DNA from: Macrostomum lignano | Taxonomy: Eukaryota | Length of the DNA: 64,000 nucleotides | Direction of reading: 5' to 3' | Assembly: GCA_002269645.1 (NCBI GenBank) | Contig: NIVC01001993.1 | Coordinates: forward strand, 143,385-207,384 | Shown here: in pieces, positions 59,781 to 64,000 of the stretch | How positions within the stretch are numbered: the first letter of the stretch is position 1 | Layout: each line of letters starts with the position of its first letter | Program-made: the position numbers and the translations under genes | The notes under the pieces: model-generated | The model's database searches: none | What the model was told of the DNA's origin: nothing | Seen by the model: the letters and a program-made list of their open reading frames with translations, nothing else

Positions 59781-62700
59781 ATGCCCAAAGAACGCTCGGC
59801 CAGCGCCAGGCTCAGACGCCTGGATAGCAACCACGCTGGCATAGCCGAGGAGGACGAGACTGCATTCGCCAAAGCTGACGCCGCCGACGATGTCGCCCAA
59901 GTCGACGGCGATGACCATGAGGCGCAGCAGGCCAAGCAGACATCGCCGCCGCCACCGCCGCATATCCATCGGTGCAGGCCGCACGGTCACTCCGTCACCA
60001 GCAAGCGGGTGCACGTCAGTCGGCCAATTTTCTCCCAGGCCGGCTTTGACGCCCGCTACCATTTCACCCGGCCGAAGGCGCCCAGCGGATTCGGGGGCGA
60101 GGCGCGCAGCGTAGCCGAACGTTTCGGCGCAGCCGCCTGTCACAAGCCGACTGGCCGATGCCTGCTGAACTGCCTGCTCCGCCTGCTGCCCTGCGTGACA
60201 ATCATGCGACACTACAAGCTGAAGAAGGACCTGGTGGCGGATATCATAGCTGGCCTGACTGTTGGCATCATGAACATACCGCAGGGCATGGCCTACGCTA
60301 TGCTGGCTGACTTGCCGCCAGTGTGCGGCCTCTACCTGGGATTCTATCCGCTGCTGCTGTACTTTTTGTTCGGCACTTCGCGTCAGGTGAGTTCCTGGGA
60401 GGGGCGGGTTGCGAAGCTCAATGGCTGAGCTTTATTTCACCTCAACTTCACAAGACCTTAACTTCACTTCACCTAAGCGTCACAAGACCTCAACTTAACT
60501 TCACTTCAACTTCACTTTACCTAAGCTTCACAAGACCTGAACTTCACAAGACCGGAACTTCACAAGACGTCAACTTCACTTCACCTAAACTTCACTTCAC
60601 CTAAGCTTCACAAGACCTGAACTTCACAAGACCGGAACTTCACAAGACGTCAACTTCACTTCACCTAAACTTCACTTCACCTAAACTTCACAATACCTCA
60701 ACTTCACTTCACCTAAACTTCAAAAGACCTCAACTTCAAAATACCTGAACTTCACAAGACCTCAACTTCACTTCACCTAAACTTCACAAGACCTCAACTT
60801 CAAAATACCTGAACTTCACAAGACCTCAACTTCACTTCACCTAAACTTCACAAGACCTCAACTTCAAAATACCTGAACTTCACAAGACGTCAACTTCAAA
60901 ATACCTGAACTTCACAAGACCTCAATTTCACTTCACCTAAACTTCACAAGACCTCAATTTCACTTCACCTAAACTTCACAAGACCTAAACTTGATGAACC
61001 CCAGTTCGCTAATGGCTGTTTGTAAGTTATGTTTTTTTGCGTCCTGTTTATGATGCTGTAAAAGATTCTGTCTACGACCTTTATTCGTCTCTGTGCAAAG
61101 CTTTATTTCTGCAAAGCACTGGCGAAACTGGCGAAACTGTCATTGGGCCTGCAACGCAAACATAAATTCTTTCATCAAGATTTTTCAAACGGATGCCAAA
61201 ACATAATGCCGTGTCGGCTACCCCCTCCCCTAGTGGAAATGGAGTGTCATGTTTCTTGAAAAATCTTTTAAATTGGCGTTTAAGACTCCCCTGCAGCGCT
61301 AAATTAGCGCTAGACTCTCACCTGCGGCGCTAAATTGGCGCTAGACTCTCACCTGTGGCGCTAAATTGGCTCTAGAATCTCACCTGTGGCGCTAAATTGG
61401 TGCTAGAATCTCATCTTCGGTGCTAAAATCTCACCTGTGGCGCTAAATTGGTGCTAGAATCTCATATTCGGTGCTAAAATCTCAACTGTGGCGCTAAATT
61501 GGCGCTAGACTCTCACCTGTGGCGCTAAATTAGCGCTAGATTCTCACCTGTAGCGCTAAACTGGCGCTAGACTCTCACCTGCGGCGTTAAGAATCTATTT
61601 ATTTTGCTAAGCCGAATGACACCTAAGAATTCCCTAACGGAAAAAACCAGCTCACGAGCTTAAATGACGTCAGAGTTAAAGGGCCTATTAAAGTATACGA
61701 AAAATCATTCGCGTTCACACGCAGGTGAGCATGGGCACCTTCGCCATCTCCAGCCTCATGGTGGCCGTCCCGGTCACTCGCCTCGCCAGCCAGGGGACCG
61801 CTCCGTCGCCGCCGTCCTCGACAACACTGGCCGCGTTGGTCGGCAACGAGACGGGCGACAGCATCAACGGGACGCTGATTACCGAGGCGCCAGACGCTGC
61901 CGCCTACCGCACCGAGGTGGCGCTCAGCGTCAGCCTGCTGGCCGGGCTCATCCAGCTGGGCCTTGGGCTGCTTCGATTCGGCTTCATCACTACTTATTTG
62001 AGCACGCCTCTGGTTAGCGGATTCACCACTGGTGCAGCGTTTCACGTGCTCACCTCGCAGGTTGGTTGGCAATTGGAGTTATTTTTACATTTGCTTTTGG
62101 GGTCCAGAGCACAGATACTAAAATAACTAGATAGGCCACTCAGCACATTAGCGTGTAGGCTACTTTCAATTCAGTAGTAAGATAAAAACAAGCATTTTAA
62201 TTTAAATTAATTTTTTTAAGCAAGGCTCATTTATTGGCTCTTACCCCCAGCTTAAACCCTCCAACCAGCTCCTTTCCACACGACCCGCCCCGCCTCAATT
62301 TTTATTGCCTTTCTCGGAATTCCAGCCTAAAGCTGCCATGTACATTTCAGTGGACTGGCCAATGTACATTATGGCTGAACCAATTGGCAAGTTGCTTATG
62401 CCTGCAAGCTTGGGGCTTCTAAACTTATCAAAGTCATTTCAGCTGCCTTTATTTTTATAAAATAGCTTATGTATTCTCCTTTGCTACTGAACTGTAAGTA
62501 GAAAGCTTTTTTTAAAGTATATATGCCCGAGTGGCCCATGCATCTAGTTATTTTAGTATCTGTGGGTCAGAGTGGCTCGTGGGCTCTCTCTGCCGCGAAA
62601 CCTCCCGTTGTAAAAGCTACCGGGACAGGAACAACTCACTAGCGACTCTGGGCTCTCTTGTGGATTTTCAACGACTCAAACAACTTTAATTGGACCAAGA

Positions 62701-64000
62701 GCGGCTGTTAATTGAGTCACGAACGCATCACATGAGTTGCAGAATCGTAAAAGAGTAGTGAAAAAGTCGTCTAAGTATCGCTGTGTTAGCGCTTAACTAT
62801 TACTAACTCAAGTAGACTAATAGAGTTGCTATATAAATGTGAAATGCGATTCTAATTCTTAAAATGATGCAGATGCGCTTTAGATGCAGCTCAGTGATTC
62901 TGCAGCGACTCTGGCACGCCTCAGATACGACCCTACGGTCGCAGACAATAAAACGCCTCAAATTGACTCTTAGGCGACTCTTTCACGACTGTTTACAACT
63001 TGTACCCGTGACACAGAGAGTGCACATGCCTGACGATTAGAAAGTCAAAGGGCTGCTGTACACCCTGTGTGAGCGTGTGCGTGCCTGTGTACAGTATTGG
63101 CGTAGTGACGCTCTGTCTGTACTTGTATGGATGCGAGCAGGCGTGACGACGCTCTGCGATAATAGTTCGATCCCTCTGGTGTTGTGATCTCGAGTGTTCT
63201 AGTTTCGATACTGTAGGTTGTACACACTATATAAAGTAACCGGTACAGTACTACAAGAATACACAATCCGCTGCTGTGCCGCAGTGGTCACAGTCGCAGG
63301 CGTGATGACGCTCTAGCTATGGAACCACTGCTACGGTAAGGCCTCGGAAAAGCTAAAGAAGCGAATCAACTCGGGGGTCTTACCGGTGCCAGAAGCTGTG
63401 AGGCTCGTTCGAATATCTCTACCACCTGACCGCTTTATTTGCTCGCAATTAATTGAATCTTCGTAGTAAGAGACCGTATAGACACGGCTCGCCTGAGTAT
63501 CGCTGGTTTAGTTTAGAGAGCTAGGCGTGGGGCGCGGAGCGGAGAGCGGGGAGCTGGCTGGGCAGGCTTGAGCACTATATACCACTTAACAGAGTAGAGG
63601 GGCAGACAGCGTGAGAGAGAGAGACGCCAACAAAAGAAACGACCCCTCAGCCAATCAGCGTGCCCGCCGAGCAGATCTGATTGACTGGGGGCCAGAAAAG
63701 AAAAACACAAAAACACAAGCCCAGCCAATCAGTGGCCGCCGCGGGGAAAGACTCAAGCCGGGACGAGCGCCCCCCCCCAACCAGCCAGAACTGGTCTGGA
63801 GATGGCCGCTAGGGCGCACGCAAAAACAACTAAAAAAGTGCAAGAGCACTCAAAGGCCAGACACCTCAATAAAAAACCTTATCTTCAGGTGCCATCCGTG
63901 CTGGGCATCAAGGTGCCCCGGCACAGCGGCTTCTTCAAGCTGGCCCTCACCTATGCGACGTGTTCAAACGCATCGGCGGCGCCAACGCAGCCAGCATGGT
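59781..64000 (+). CDS. SLC26/SulP anion transporter (prestin/pendrin-like), 5' part, truncated by window end
   Basis: Exon 59781-60386 carries the SLC26 signature [36 protein letters not shown]...YFLFGTSRQ. Exon 61725-62060 reads [12 protein letters not shown]...[27 protein letters not shown]. An exon from 63889 reads [18 protein letters not shown]. There is an apparent 1-nt frameshift near 63955. Confidence 0.92.
60436..60990. repeat. Compound AACTTCAC/AAGACCTC/CACCTAA repeat in SLC26 intron 1
   Basis: Mixed short modules with a variable period. Confidence 0.88.
61294..61588. repeat. 31-bp tandem repeat GCGCTAAATTGGCGCTAGACTCTCACCTGTG in SLC26 intron 1
   Basis: Period 31 with some truncated units. 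Confidence 0.88.

Overview
Eukaryotic, intron-rich and extremely repeat-rich genomic DNA. It is not prokaryotic, and I see no CRISPR, rRNA or operons. GC-rich exons with Gln/Ala/Gly tracts sitting among mini- and microsatellites suggest an invertebrate such as the flatworm Macrostomum (inference only). Four protein-coding genes can be reconstructed by hand. (1) An unknown coiled-coil protein on + (exons 8084-8200, 9298-10421, 24149-24263), whose apparent stop is probably a splice donor into a 13.7-kb intron. (2) A complete 9-exon BBS5 on - (31788-28433). (3) An intronless LRR-Ig transmembrane (kekkon/LIG-like) gene on + (47673-49658). (4) The first three exons of an SLC26 anion transporter on + (59781 to window end). 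Most long ORFs in the track are artefacts of stop-free tandem repeats. The most interesting structures are two large elements bounded by inverted repeats: about 13 kb at 10791-23826 and about 7.6 kb at 39715-47283. Each sits inside a microsatellite ((GACA)n and (CA)n respectively), and each carries a multi-kb internal satellite whose monomer contains the element's own end motifs. The window also has a tRNA-derived CORE-type SINE with a 10-bp TSD, a fold-back MITE just past the LRR-Ig stop, and more than 20 tandem arrays. Coordinates and counts were read by eye, and repeat boundaries are approximate.
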